Shown here: piece after piece, positions 1-13,430 of the stretch
How the letters are laid out: each line of letters begins with the position of its first letter
Numbering within the stretch: the stretch's first letter is position 1
Source: Mobula hypostoma
Taxonomy: Eukaryota
Assembly: GCF_963921235.1 (NCBI RefSeq)
Contig: NC_086108.1
Location: 68,264,001-68,328,000 of the forward strand
Length of the DNA: 64,000 nucleotides
Direction of reading: 5' to 3'
Notes under the pieces: generated by a model
The model's input: the letters and a program-made list of their open reading frames with translations, nothing else
Told to the model about the DNA's origin: nothing
Databases searched by the model: none
Translations under genes and position numbers: made by a program

Positions 1-869
1 GCATAAATCTCAATTACTTATTTGAGAAAGTCAGAATTTCTGATGGAAGTGATACACACTGGGTTTCACCTTTGGGATAAGATCTGTCAGTCTCAGAACA
101 TGCTAATGAAACATTTGCCTTCCTAACAGAAATCATCTGTGATTTCCAGAATTAGGATCACATGACATCAATTCTAAACTCAACCCCTTTCTCCTTGCCA
201 GTTGTCCTTGAAAATATGATTCATTCAAATCTCCATTCATTTAAATGAAAACCACTTTCCTCAACTGAGAATACTTGTGCAAGATTTTGAAATTTAGGAT
301 TCATAGTAAATTTAAGATCAAGGGTGTTGGCAGTGGTTGGGTAGTGAAATCATCACTACATTTTTGAGACCTCTATAAAATATTGCATAACATTTTAAAA
401 TACTGTTTCTCGTAAGATAATTAAGGAGTTTGGATGAGGGTTGCATTATAGTCTTCCCAAGTAGAATTTCAAGACACATAGTATAAATGCTTGAGAAAGT
501 AAAGGAATAGCAGAAAAATGGAAGCAATTCTAGACTTATCAGACAGCACGAGAAGCTATCCTGGTACTACCCACTCAGTATCAACTTATTCACCATAAGG
601 AACTTTTTAAAGACTGGATGAAATTGAAAATTTCAAGACTAAGAATGATAGATTTTTGCTGGTGATATTAAAAAGATATAGTTCAAAGGCATGTAAATGG
701 AGGATATAAATGCCAAGAAAATTAGTTTTTTTGCAGCAGCATACAAGTTATCATTTTATGGTCATAAATGCATTAAGAAGAGTGGGGAAGTAAACAAAGC
801 TTAAGTTGGAAGGGATGATAAGCAAGTAAAGGGTTTGCAATTTCTTGCTAATACTTAAATAATGTAGAT

Positions 870-1555
870 TTTAAAATGAGAGTATTGATCTTATAGAAAA
901 TAATTTGGGGAATTAAAGATGTAAAGTAATGAGATGGGACACAAATTAAACAGATATTGGCCTTCGCTGTAGAGGACAGAAGTAACATCCTAGGTAAAAC
1001 TACAAACTGGGAATTATAAGCAGGAAAAATACCGAAGAAATGGCGCTGAGTCAACTGTTGGAACTGCGTGCTGACAAGACTCCTGATACTGATGGACTTC
1101 ACCTTGGAACCTTAAAAGAAGAGGTTGGTGAGATAGGTGATTTATTGGATTTAATTTTCCAAAATCCACTAGATCTGAGGAAGACTGAAAATGACAAAAC
1201 CAACTCCTTTGTTTCAAAAGGGTGATAGAAATCAGTTAGCATAGCATAAGTAATAGGTTAAAATGTTAAAAGCTATCACTAAAGACATTACAATAGGGCA
1301 ATCAGAAAAATTCAGGGTCTTCAGTCAAAGTCAACATTCTTTAATGGAAAGATAATCGTGTTTGATCAACATATTAGAGTTCTGTGAATAAAAACGGACC
1401 TGATGGATGACCTTTAGATTTCCAGAATATGTTTGATAAGGTGTTGTTGCAAAGTTAATTGCAGAAAATAAAAGTTCATGAGTCAGTGGGGCTTTTTTTG
1501 GTTGACCCACTGATTAACAAGATGTAAGGAATGATGTAGGAATCTCTACTATCTA
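870..1555 (+). mobile_element. Old CR1-type LINE ORF2 fragment
   Basis: Translates to DKTPDTDGLHLGTLKE, a decayed version of the KSPGPDGLHPRVLKE motif seen in the other CR1 copies. Followed by ttagatttccagaatatgtttgataaggtg (decayed LDFQKAFDKV). Confidence 0.65.
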
Positions 1556-1564
1556 TAATTATAA

Positions 1565-2510
1565 AGACAAAATATTCTACAGATGCTGGAAATCCAGAGC
1601 AACACATACAAAATGTTGGAGGAATTCAACAGGTTAGGCAGCATCTGTAGAAATGAATATTTTGGGCTGAGACACTTCATCAGGACTGGAAAGGAAGGGG
1701 GCAAGATACCAAACTTACAAGGTGGTGGGAGGGGAAGTAGAATATGATAGGTGAAGCCAGGTGGGCTGGGAGGAGGAATGAAGTTAGAAGTTGGGAGGTG
1801 AGAGAAGGAATCTGATAGAAGAGGAGAGTGGCCCATGGGAGAAATAAAAAGAAGAGGAGGACCATGGGGGGAGATGATAATCAGGAGAGGAGAAGTAGTA
1901 ATTGGGGGGGGGTCACAGTAGCAAATTGAAGAAGAGGGAAGAGGAGGGGGGGAATTAAGAAATCGATAATCATGTCATCAGGTAGCTAGATGGAATAAAC
2001 AATGTTGCTCCTCCAACCTGAGTACCCTCATCATGGTAGAAGAGGATACCATAGCATGACATGTTGGAATTAAAATCGTTGACCACCAGGAAATCCAGCT
2101 TTTTGTGGATGGAGCAAAGGTCCATTCGACATCAAGTCTCACCGACATACAGGAGGCCAAGAGCACCAGATACGGTGGATGACCCAACAGATTAACAGGT
2201 GAAGTGTTACCTCACTGGGAAGGATAGTTTGAGGTCCTTAATGGAGGTGAGGAAGGAGGTAAAAGGATAGGTGTAGCACAACTTCCACTTGCAGGGATAA
2301 GTGCTGGGGCCAGATTAGTGGGAAAGTGGGCAAGGGAATCACAGAGGGAGTGATCCCTTCAGAAAGTGGAGTGTATGATGAGGTAAAGATGTGTTTGATG
2401 GTAGGTTCCCATTGAAGATGGGAAAAATTGCAAAGAATAAGGTGTTGGATGTGGAGGCTCATGGGTGCTAGTTGAAGACAAGAGGAATTCTACCTCTGTT
2501 AAAGCAGCAT
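1565..2510 (-). mobile_element. Old Penelope-like element (GIY-YIG 3' part plus terminal repeat)
   Basis: Reverse complement aligns by eye to the 46057-47091 PLE (LRLEEQHCLFHLAT; agatgctggaaatccagagcaacac end). Decayed hammerhead at ~1655-1688. Confidence 0.75.
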
Positions 2511-2514
2511 TTAC

Positions 2515-2720
2515 ATTCGAAGTTCAAAGCATATTTATGTCACCACTTCCAGCCCCGAAATTCATTTTCTTGTGGGCATACTCAATAATTCAAAATAGAT
2601 TAATAACCATAATGGATAAACTTGGGCATTGAACTAGTATACAAAAGATGACAAAATGTGCAAATACAGAAAGAAATATTAATAATAAATAAATAAGCAA
2701 TAAATATTGAGAATGTAGAA
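2515..2720 (-). mobile_element. Rex1/Babar-like LINE 3' UTR fragment
   Basis: Matches the ttcaaag...attcattttcttgtgggcatactcaa block found at 18615, 27150 and 58795. Confidence 0.6.
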
Positions 2721-3056
2721 ACCATGCATCTCTTCACTATTTGCTTTGTATTCTATGATGTGGAGTTTATTATGTTGATTATGGTAACTAGTAACATGAG
2801 TGGTGGTGTGATGAAAGCAAAGGAAACAAGTTACATGTTCTTACTAATTTTATGGCAGTTTGTAGCTTGGGACAGGTGGAGATCGAAAACCTTTGTTGAC
2901 AGAAATGTAGCAGAAAAACTAATCCAAAATCAAACCAAAACAATTGCCACTTGCCTACAACCGTATGGACTGTTATACTTGTGTATAACTCAATTAAATC
3001 AGCTCCAATCTAATGCATACCGATTTGGTGGTAGGAACTTCAATCTGCTTAATTGC

Positions 3057-3371
3057 GAGGACTGCAAGTGGTCAAGTGGTTAAGGCGTTCGACTAGCGAT
3101 CTGAAGGTCGTGAGTTCAAGCCCCAGCCAAGGCAGCGTGTTGTGTCCTTGAGCAAGGCACTTAATCACACAGTGCTCTGTGACAACACTGGTGCCAAGCT
3201 ATATGGGTCCTAATGCCCTTCCCTTGGACAACATGGGTGTCATGGAGAGGGGAGACTTGCAGCATGGGCAACTGCCAGTCTTTCATACAACCTTGCCCAG
3301 GCTTGCGCCCCTGGAGAGTGAAGACTTTCCAGGCACAGATCCATGGTCTTGCAAGACTAACGGATGCCTTA
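3057..3371 (+). mobile_element. tRNA-derived SINE with CORE-like central domain
   Basis: Pol III A box TGGTCAAGTGG (3069) and B box GAGTTCAAGCC (3112), then TGTGTCCTTGAGCAAGGCACTTAA resembling the MIR/CORE motif, then ~200 bp of non-tRNA body. Confidence 0.8.
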
Positions 3372-3413
3372 AAATTAAACGGAGTACAGAAAGAGTTTGG
3401 ACAGTCCCATATA

Positions 3414-4135
3414 CAGCCTATAAAAAGTATTCAACACCCTTGGAAGTTTTATTGTTTTACAACATTGAATCACAGTGGATTTAATTTGGCTTTTTTGACA
3501 CTGATCAACTGGAAAGACTCATTCAGGTCAAAGTGAAAACAACTTACAACAAATTGGTCTAAATTTATAACAGTTATTAAACACAATATAATTGATTGCA
3601 TAATTACGCACCCTCTTCAAGCCAGTATTTAGTAGCTGCACCTTTGGCAGCAATTACAGCCTTGAGTCTGTGTGGATTGGTCTCTATCAGCTTTGCACAT
3701 CTGGACAATGCAATTTTTCCCTATTCTTCTTTACAAAACTGCTCAAGCTCTGTCAGATTGCACGGGGATTGTGAGTGAACAGCCCTTTTCAATTCCAGTC
3801 ACAAACTCTCAATTGGATTGAGGTCTGGACTCTGATTTGGCCACTCCAGGACCTTAACTTTGTTGTTTTTCAGCCATTCCTGTGTAGCTTTGGCTTTATG
3901 TTTGGGGTTTTTGTCTTGCTGAAAAACAAATCTTCTCCCAAGTCACAGTTCTCTTGCAGACTGCATCAGGTTTTCCTCCAGAATTTCCCTTTATTTTGCT
4001 GTATTCATTTTACTCTCTACCTTCACAAGCCTTCCAGGTCCTGCTGCAGTGAAGCATTCCCACAGCATGATGCAGCCACCACCAGGCTTCATTGAAGGGG
4101 TGGTGTGTTTTCGATGATTTGTGGTGTTTAGATTT
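3414..4135 (-). mobile_element. Tc1-family DNA transposon, one end with transposase C-terminal remnant
   Basis: TA|CAGCCTATAAAAAGTATTCA terminal repeat like 33201. Minus strand encodes decayed QQDKNPKH and SPDLNPIE motifs. Confidence 0.9.
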
Positions 4136-4473
4136 GTATGCAGGCATGGTTGAACATAGAAACCTTGAAGTTAATCTCTATGGTTCAGCCCTATTGCACC
4201 ATTTTTCAGTCTCTTCCATTACGATCAAGAGAAATCAGTTGGGTTGCCCAAAATCCAGTTGAATTGGCCAACTGCAAAATCTCCTGAACATCTTAAGCTT
4301 TACTAACCCATAATTAATTACTAGTGATCTCTTTAGCTTGATAAAAACTTTTAAATGGACTTGGATTATAATTTCCTCACATTAACTATTGGGAAATGCA
4401 GTAAATTTATTTTAAGTTCAGCCTTAATATATACAGTATATATTGCACTCTTAATAAGGTATAACTAAAATTA

Positions 4474-4580
4474 TCCTGTGTAGCTTTGGTTTTATGTTTG
4501 GGGTTTTTGTTTTGCTGAAAAACAAGTCTTCTCCCAAGTCACAGTTCTTTACAAAACTGTTCAAGCTCTGTCAGATTGCA
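4474..4580. repeat. Two-segment local duplication of the adjacent Tc1 copy
   Basis: 4474-4548 copies 3878-3952, and 4545-4580 copies 3727-3762. The segments join through TTCT microhomology. Confidence 0.85.
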
Positions 4581-5084
4581 TTTTACTTCCTGGTATTCCA
4601 TCTTTGAGAACTCATGAACAGGTTTACTGTGTCAACTCGATGATATACCCATTGCTGGACACCAGGAATCCTAAAAGCTGAAGCCTGTCAACAGATGACA
4701 TCAAAAAAGTTAAGTAAAAGCCTTGGGTTCAACATATCTTTGTGGTTTTTCTGAGAACAGTAGCAAACATTATTGCTTTGACGGCAATTATACAATCTAC
4801 CGTGGATGATCTTTAAGTTGCATGACCGAATAACTGTCATATCAAAAAGTTATAATATGCATAATAAAATAGATATCTAAAATCTAATTGGAGACTCACG
4901 GAAGTTATATAAGAACCAGTGAGTAGAAACCTGGAATATTACATACAGATCTGGTTTCCTACTACATGAGGGAAATGCTGTAAGAAAGGGTGTACAGGAA
5001 AGGTTCCCTATATCGCTTCCTGGCATGAGGGTTTGTCATGTGAGGAAACATTAAACAAACTTGGCCTGATTTCACTTACTGAAT

Positions 5085-5290
5085 AGCAGCCCCTGCTTCA
5101 CCCCTCCCTCTCACCACTTTATACTGGCTATCTCCCCTTTACCATCCTTAGTCACGAGAGAGGGTCTCGACCTAAAAATGTCAACTATCCCTTTGCCTTC
5201 ACAGATTCTGCTTGACCTGCTGAGTTCTTCCAGCAGCTTGCTGTTTTTCTCTAAAATATAGCATCTCCAGCCTCGTTTCTCTACTTTTTC
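5085..5290 (+). mobile_element. PLE terminal-repeat fragment with decayed hammerhead
   Basis: agtcacgagagagggtctcgacctaaaaatgtcaact...agattctgcttgacctgctgagttc resembles 46960-47090. Confidence 0.65.
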
Positions 5291-5379
5291 AGTTTAGCTG
5301 TATGGTAAGTGACATGGATAATAAAGGCCATAATTAAAATAAAACCAATCGGGGCATCCTTAAGCAGCGAATCTACTAC

Positions 5380-5537
5380 CTGGACCAAACTGGTGAAACT
5401 TTGCTGTATTCAGAATTAAACTAGGTTCTACATTCATTGTGTTCTGTTTAATTTTGAACATCTTTACATGCTGACTTTTCTCATTGGTTATAAAGCAGGA
5501 AGAGAAAGAAGAAAGGAATGAAAAGAAAAATCCTTTT
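5380..5537 (-). CDS. Candidate exon of an unidentified host gene or pseudogene
   Basis: cacttttcag acceptor, open frame RKGFFFSFLSS...FHQFGP, weak GTAGTA donor. Phase-compatible with the 30713-30750 candidate. Not recognised as any protein. Confidence 0.2.
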
Positions 5538-6574
5538 CTGAAAAGTGAATCGGAAAACAAATCATCAGATTTTGTTATCAATAAACACAATACCCACTCC
5601 CTATTTAAAAATATTTTATCTTACCTTCCCTTTGTTGCTAACCATTACTGAGCAGAATACTGTCATAAAAAAGCACACCAAATTAATATTACATGCTATA
5701 GTTAAGTATCAAGTTATGACAAATGACAAAAGAAAAGAATTTTTCACTACATTCTCATGGGGTCTGTCATCTATCATAGCATTGCTCTGTAATATTTGCC
5801 CAGTTTGTTGAATTTCAGTGGAAAAGACTGCAACTGACTTCTCAAGATGACTGAATATGTCCAGGCAGAGAAATCCTGGTTTTAATTTGTATCATCTCAC
5901 CACTGGTAATTGTTATGAGCTAGCTGGAAGACAGGCAACAGAACTGGCAGTAGTAAAATCACAAATGCTGTCATCCTGAGAGGGAAAAACAAATGTGTAT
6001 TCCATGGGACTACTGCACTTTCCCAGGGTGACATTTCAATGATCCTACCAATCTGACAACCCACAAGCCCCTTTGAATGTCGGTATTCATAGCCACAATG
6101 GTTGCAACATGAGATTACAAGGCAGCAGGATGAGCTTGTGTGCCTTTCCAGTGCAGCAATCAGATTTTGGGGGCTTCTGTTTGTGCTACAGTGCAAGTTG
6201 AGACATTGACCATTAGGCACGTTAGGATGGTTGGGTCTTCACATGTTGAAATAAAGCTAGCCACTACTTTAAAGATAAGCAAGAAGGGAAGAATTGGATC
6301 AGCCATGATGAAATCGTGGATTAGACATGATTGGCCAAATGGCCTAATTCTGCTCCTACATCTTATGGCTCAACACTTGATCTAAAGCCCTATGAAAAGC
6401 CCCTAGCCCTGGCACATCTGCTTTATTTCTGTCACATCTGTTAAAGGATCATTAAAAATAATCATCATGTGAAGGTAAACAACAGGAATTCTGCAGATGC
6501 TGGAAATTCAAGCAACACACATCAAAGTTGCTGGTGAATGCAGCAGGCCAGGCAGCATCTCTAGGAAGAGGTGC

Positions 6575-6610
6575 AGTCAACGTTTCAGGCCGAGACCCTT
6601 CGTCAGGACT
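6575..6610 (-). ncRNA. Minimal type I hammerhead ribozyme motif (PLE-associated)
   Basis: Minus strand AGTC-CTGACGA-AGGGTCTCGGCCT-GAAAC-GTT-GACT. Intact core, stem I AGTC/GACT, GUU triplet. Confidence 0.8.
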
Positions 6611-7474
6611 AACTGAAGGAAGAGTGAGTAAGGGATTTGAAAGTTGGAGGGGGATGGGGAGATCCAAAATGATAGGAGAAGACAGGAGGGGGAGGGATGG
6701 AGCTAAGAGCTGGACAGGTGATTAGCAAAGGGGATATGAGAGGATCATGGGACTGGAGGTCCGGGGAGAAAGACAAGGGGGGGAACCCAGAGGATGGGCA
6801 AGGGGTATATTCAGAGGGACAGAGGGAGAAAAAGGAGAGTGAGAGAAAGAATGTGTGTATAAAAATAAGTAACAGATGGGGTACGAGGGGGAGGTGGGGC
6901 ATTAGCGGAAGTTAGAGAAGTCGATGCTCATGCCATCAGGTTGGAGGCCACCCAGACAGAATATAAGGTGGTGTTCCTCCAACCTGAGTGTGGCTTCATC
7001 TTTACAGTAGAGGAGGCCGTGGATAGACATGTCAGAATGGGAATGGGATGTGAAAATGTGGCCACACATTTTAATTCCACATCCCATTCCCATTCTGACA
7101 TGTCTATCCACGGCCTCCTCTACTGGAAAGATGAAGCCACACTCAGGTTGGAGGAACAACACCTTTTATTCCGCCTGGGTAGCCTCCAACCTGATGGCAT
7201 GAACATCAACTTCTCTGGCTTCCGCTAATGCCCCAACTCCCCCTCGTACCCCATCTGTTACTTATACACACATTCTTTCTCTCACTCTCCTTTTTCTCCC
7301 TCTGTCCCTCTAATATACCCCTTGCCCATCTTCTGGGTCCCCCCCCCCCGTCTTTCTTCCCAGACCTCCTGTCCCATGATCCTCTCGTATCCCTTTTGCC
7401 TATCACCTGTCCAGCTCTTGGCTCCATCCCTCCCCCTCCAACTTTCAAATCCCTTACTCACTCTTTCTTTTGTT

Positions 7475-7510
7475 AGTCCTGACGAAGGGTCTCGGCCTGG
7501 AACGTCGACT
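7475..7510 (+). ncRNA. Minimal hammerhead motif with core mutation
   Basis: AGTC-CTGACGA-AGGGTCTCGGCCT-GGAAC-GTC-GACT. GAAA is changed to GGAA at 7500. Confidence 0.7.
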
Positions 7511-8244
7511 TCACCTCTTCCTAGAGATGCTGCCTGGCCTGCTGCGTTCACCAGCAACTTTTATCATGTGAAGGTAGATTGGATGTGAGACTGTGGATCA
7601 GGTACTCACATCTAGTCATTTTCAATGTCCTCAGCTCTATCAATGGCCACAGAATCATTCATGGCCACTCCAATTCTGGGACAAAGCACTGCAAAACATT
7701 AACATTAACCAATAGGTTGCTACCTGCATAGGTTTTACACTATTCCCCACTGCAAGAGAGGCAAATGTCTAAGTGAATTGTGTGCAATGTCTTTGGTTGA
7801 TGTCACCACTATTGCGTTCTGGGTGTGAAAGTTATAAAATGTAAATACAAGGCTTAGAATAGTGTGCAAAGTGTGTGATATATAAATGATCATGAGTTAA
7901 GTTCCAGTATTGACTGAGAGAGTTTTGTCGACAAGAGGCAAGTAACAGGATGCAACACATTAAGCAACTTGGGACTATTGGTGCATCTAGTGGAGTATGG
8001 CTATTGAAAATCTACTTGTTGACCTTGAGAATATTTGTGAGGATACTCAGTGTTACACCATTGAATCCAGACTATTAGGGTTGCATTCATGCATAGCTGT
8101 CTCTTCTCACTTTTGTTTTCCTGTGCACCTGGAGGGATGCCAAATCTACTGGATGATATTTGTACGATGTTTCAATTTAACATATTGAAAGTAGGGAAAT
8201 TCATCCTCAGCCATGGTGCTCCTATACTTCTCCCCATAACCTTT

Positions 8245-8790
8245 GGCCTCCAGCATTTTGTGTGTGTTGCTTCGGGTACTGTTAGCTGTTCTGGGCTCCT
8301 TATCTAAGAAAGGATATGCTGGCATTGGAGAAGGTCCAGAGAGGTTCACAGGAATGATTCTAGGAATGAAAGGGCTATCATATGAGGAGCGTTTGATAGC
8401 ATTGGGCTTATATTCACTGACATTGAGAAGAATGAGGAGGGAATCTCTTTGAAACCTATTGAATATTGAAAAACCTAAATAAAGTGGATGTGGAGAGATG
8501 TCAACTATAGTAGAAGACTCTAGAACCAGAGGGCACAGCCTCAGAATAGAAAGATGTTTCTTTAGAACAGAGATGAGGAAGGATTCCTTTAGTGAATCTG
8601 TGGAACTCATTGCCACTGGTGGCTGTAGAGGCCAAGTCATTAGGTATACTTTAAGTGGAGATAGATAAGTTCTAGATTAAGAAGGACATCAAAAGCAGGA
8701 GAATGGGGCTGAAAGGGATAATAAATCAGCCAGGATGGAATGGCACAGCAGACTAGTGGCCTAATTCTGCTCCTGTGGTCTTATAGCTTA
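8245..8790 (+). mobile_element. CR1 LINE 3' fragment
   Basis: RFTGMILGMKGLSYEERLIALGLYSL C-terminal motif and ggcctaattctgctcct tail. Confidence 0.9.
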
Positions 8791-11149
8791 CGGGAATGTG
8801 GGGAAAATAGAATTGGGTTATGGTAAGTGAGTACTTAATAGTCAGTAAGGACTTACTGGACCATAAGATTACACATTTGCAAAATGTAGTGACTGGTAAC
8901 AGTACACCACTACAGGTTCAACATGCATAAAATATTACAAGTTTGCAGATTATACTGAACTAATGAGATATTTGCATAATATCTGCTATTCTTTCTTTTG
9001 GCCCTTCAAAGAGGTGCTCAGCTCATTAACATTTTGTCCATATAGATAATATTCTGAATACCTGGCTCTTAAGTCACATAAAACAGAAAAACTATAAGTC
9101 CCAAAAAGACTTATTTGTCGTTTTGTAGCAAAGTCTGGTATTCTATGACAACACATAATTCATACTTTCCCAATGTTCTCCTGACACAACAGCTTTTGTA
9201 TAATGTTTCCCCTTGAATGTAAACAAGCTTCCTTGTATAAATTCCTCTCTATGATGCCTGGGCAAAATAATATCTATGCAAACAATACCCAAGAGGTCAG
9301 TCTAAGAAAGAGATGTTTTCTGTACATCTGCTGACAACTTAATCCTGTTCTGCTGATGCAGATTACCATTCTTTGCCATGTAAAACAAATTGTGCATGGC
9401 AATATGTTACTGGGCATGTGGAATAGCAACAATATGTGTGAAGGCATTAATCAATATTTGAGTTGTAATCACCTTGCAAGCCCTACAGTATTTTATCACA
9501 ATCATTAAGATATCAGCAGCAATATAGTCATGGCTGTTTGTTGGTGAAATTGGAAATCTGTATCTATGGTGACAAGCTCAACAGAACACAAGGTCCAAAG
9601 GTATATCATCAGATGAAGGGCTACCTGCTATTAGTATACCTTAGATAACTGGCAAAGTCAGTGACAGTATCAGTTGTTCATACCAGCAGCTTCAATTTCA
9701 TATAGATTGTTATATGCTCATAGAAATACCTGCATTTTAGCTTCTTCATTGGTTGATTCAGGCTGCATATCAATGCATATGAAAATGTAACCGTTTCTAC
9801 AATGAACAGGCAATCTACTGTGCGAGATTACCCATACAGGTGATGGAGATGAAATTTACCTCAGTGCTTTTTTTTCTCAATTATACTATTAATTACTTGC
9901 TCCATCGGCATGTGAAAACAATGATTCTGGATTTTGAACCTCCCAACTATTCTCACTGTTACATGTTATTAGCATTTACTGTTCTGGAGGTATTAAATCA
10001 TTGGCTCTAATTTCCATCAGTATTTGAAATCAGATCCAATAAGTTTTATTTGAATATGGCATACTACTTCACTAACTTTCTGCTTTGTTTTTGAGAATTT
10101 AAAATTCAAAATTGAAACATTATATAATTGTGAGAGATTAATTGTTCATCTGACAGCAATGGCATTTTCATATTATGGTCCTCTTCTGTATCCCTAAAAT
10201 TTCTTGACATATGTCAAAACAATTTTGTCTTATAAGAATGTTATTTGAAAAACAACATTAAACCTTCTGTCACCAAACAAAAGAGCAGAAATGAACTGCA
10301 CAGCCTGAGGCTGAGTTGAGCTTGTGTTACCATAGCTACTGTAAAGGTGTGCCATTGCTATGCAAGCATTCATGAGATTAAAAGATGACAACAGAGGCAC
10401 CTAAATAAAAGCCACATGGCTCTTAAGGATAATTCTGTTGGAATACCATCAACACTTATAATTACCATCAAAACAATGAAACAATGTGTATTATCATTCA
10501 CTAGTTTTTATATCTGCTTGCCCTTGTCAATTAACTTTATGCAGTATTGTAACACAGCTTGGATTTCAGAAAAACAAAGTGAAACACACAATATTCTGTT
10601 TTGCAGTAAAGTTTGTGTCTGCTTGCCACATTTCTCTTCATAACTTTCCACAGATCTAAATTGTTGATGACATGTCTCTGCATTTGAAAATTCATTTTTC
10701 TAATGTCAGCTCTAAGTACAAAGTGCAAATATCCACATTTCTAACTGAATGATAAACATAAAAGGTATAATAAGGGAGGACTAACAAGAGATACAGAGCA
10801 ACAACAATGGCTAAAAAGATCAATTGGTGCCTTCCAGTACTGATTCCAATGAAGTTTCTGGAATCATTGGGGAATTACTAAATTAGTGCAAACCTGCCAA
10901 TGGGGTCATAACATTCTGCCTAACACACATCATTACCACTTCCCCCTCCCAGTAGGCCATTTGATCAATATCTGTGGTATTGACTTTTATTTGCCCTGTA
11001 CAATTTACCAGACTGTGCATAACTCCAAAACATTTAAGCAGCTCAGCATTACCCAAAACAAGCAGCCTGCTTGATTATCATCTTGCTGACAACTCTAATA
11101 TTAAGTTCCTCCACCAATTATAACTAAGGTGCCAGAAATATCAAAAGAA

Positions 11150-12660
11150 GTCACTGGGTCTGGATGAGATATACCCCAGGTTACTGTGGGAAGCAAGGGA
11201 GTTGATTACTGAGCCTCTGGCAATGATCTTTACATCATCAGTAGGGACAGAAAAAGTACCAGAGGATTAGTACCCTTGTCCAAGAAAGGGAGTAGAGATA
11301 ACCCTGAAAATTATAGACCAGTGAGTCGTACTTCAATGGTTGGCAAGTTGTTGGAGAAGATCCTGAGAGGCATGATTTATGAGCATTCGGTGAGACATTA
11401 TCTGATTAGGGATAGTCAGCATGGCTTTGTCCAGGCAGCTCATGCCTTGCGAGCCTGGTTGAATTCTTTCAGGATGTAACAAACACATTGATGAAGTTAG
11501 AGCAGTGGATGAAGTGTATATGGATTTCAGTAAGGCATTTGATAAGGCTCATTCAGAAAGTAGGAGCCATGGGATCCAAGGAGACCTTGCTGTCTAGATC
11601 CAGTATTGACTTGCCCACAGAAGGCAAAGGGTGGTTATAGATGGTTCATATTATGCATGGAGGTCGGTGACCAGTGGTGTTCCACGGAGATCTGTTCTGA
11701 GACCCCTTCTCTTTGTATTTTTATAAATGACCTGGATGAAATAGTAGGAGGGTGGGTTAGTAAGTTTGCTGATGACACAAAGGTTGAGGATGTTGTGGAT
11801 AGTGTGGAGGGCCATCAGAGGTTACAGCAGACATTTATAGGATGAAGAACTGGGCTGAGAAGTTGCAGATGGAGTTCAACCCAGATAAGTGTGAATTGGT
11901 TCATTTTGGTAGGTCAAGTTTGAAGACAGAATATAATATTAACGGCAGTGTGGAGGATCAGAGGGATCTTGGGGTCCATGTCCATAGGACACTCTAAGCT
12001 GCTAAGCAGGTTGCAAGTGTTGTTAAGAAGGCATATGGTATGTTGGCCTTCATCAGCTATGGGATTGAGTTCAACAGTCATGAGGTAATGTTACAGCTAT
12101 ACAAGACCTTAGTTAGACCCCACTTGGAGTACTGTGTTCAGTTCTAATCAGCTCACTACAGGAAGGATGTGGATACTATAGAGAGAGTGCAGAGGACATT
12201 TACAAGGATGTTGCCTGGATTGGAGTGCATGCCTTATGAGAATAAGTTGAGTGAATTCGGCCTTTTCTCCTTGGAGTGACAGAGGATGACAGATGACCTG
12301 ATAGAGCTGTATAAGATAATGAGAGGCATTAATTATGTGGACAGTCAGAGGCTTTTTTCCCAGGGCTGAAATGGCTAACACGAAGGAGCATACTTTTAAG
12401 GTGCTTGGAAGTAGGTGCAAGGGGGATGTCAGAGGCGAGTTTTTCACAGAGTGGTGGGTGCGTGGAATGCACTGCCAGCAACAGTGGTAGAGGTGGATAC
12501 AATAGGAACTTTTAAAAGACTCTTAGGTAGATACATGGAGCTTAGGAAAATAGAGTGGAATGAGGTAGGGAATTTCTAGGCTGTTTCTAGGGTAGTTTAC
12601 ATGGGCAGTGCAATATTGTGGGCTGAATGGCCTGTAACATGCTGTAGATTTCTATGTTCT
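11150..12660 (+). mobile_element. CR1 LINE ORF2 (RT) 5'-truncated copy
   Basis: ENYRPVS.TS, SQHGF, FINDL, KFADDTK motifs and (TTCTATG)n tail. Many stops and frameshifts. Confidence 0.92.
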
Positions 12661-12797
12661 AGAACACATGCCAGCAACTTGTTATAGTTTCTTCCAAAGC
12701 ATCTCCTGAACCCTTGGAGAGAAACTATTCCTAAACTCCTTGTTCTGGACCTTTTCATCAGCAGGAACAGTTTCTCCCCCACTCGTTCTACATAATA

Positions 12798-13430
12798 GAA
12801 ATCAGAATCAAGTTTGTTATCACTGACACATCATGAAGTTTGTTGTTTTGTGGCAGCAGTGTGGTGTAATACTTAAGAATTACTATGTTACACTAAAAAT
12901 ATGTAAAAATGAAGAAATAGTGCAAAAAGAGAGCAAAATAATTGAGCTGTGGTCATGGACCATTCAGAAATCTGATGATGGAAATGTAAAAGCTGTTCCT
13001 AAAACATTGAGTGTGCATCCACAGGCTCCTGTACCTCATCCCTCGTGGTAGTAATGAGAAGAGTGCATTCCTGGATGGTGAGGGGCCTTAATGATGGATG
13101 CAACCTTTTTGAGATATCACCTTTTGTAAACATCCTAGAGGGTGAGGAGGCTAGTGCCCATGATGGCGCTGGTTTGAGTTTAAAACACTTTGTTTTTTCT
13201 AATCCTGTTTATTGGAACCTCCAAACAAGGTGGTGATGCAACCAGTCAGAATGCTCTCTATGTACATCTGTAGAAATTTGCTAGTCTTTGGTGACATACC
13301 AAATCCCCTCAAACTCCTAATGAAATATAACAACAGGTGTATCTTTATAATTGCATCATTATGTTGGACACAGGTTAGATCTTCAGAGGAACTAGAAGCT
13401 GCTCATCCTTTCCACTCCTGACCCCTCCAC
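12798..13430 (-). mobile_element. Rex1/Babar-like LINE 3' fragment
   Basis: Begins with (AATCAG)n, the complement of the (GATTCT)n tail at 45835-45849. Body resembles 59107-59570. Confidence 0.75.

Larger units (their letters stand above)
6478..7562. mobile_element. Fold-back (inverted) Penelope-like insertion with 14-bp TSD
   Basis: Left arm 6478-7061 (-) and right arm 7062-7562 (+) both encode the GIY-YIG C-terminus (..EATLRLEEQHL.FRLGSLQPDGMNI.FS.FR*). Flanked by ATCATGTGAAGGTA at 6464-6477 and 7563-7576. Confidence 0.92.

Noticed and set aside
3057..3132. tRNA gene
   Set aside because: It has A/B boxes but a poor acceptor stem, and it runs into a CORE-like SINE body. It is a SINE head.
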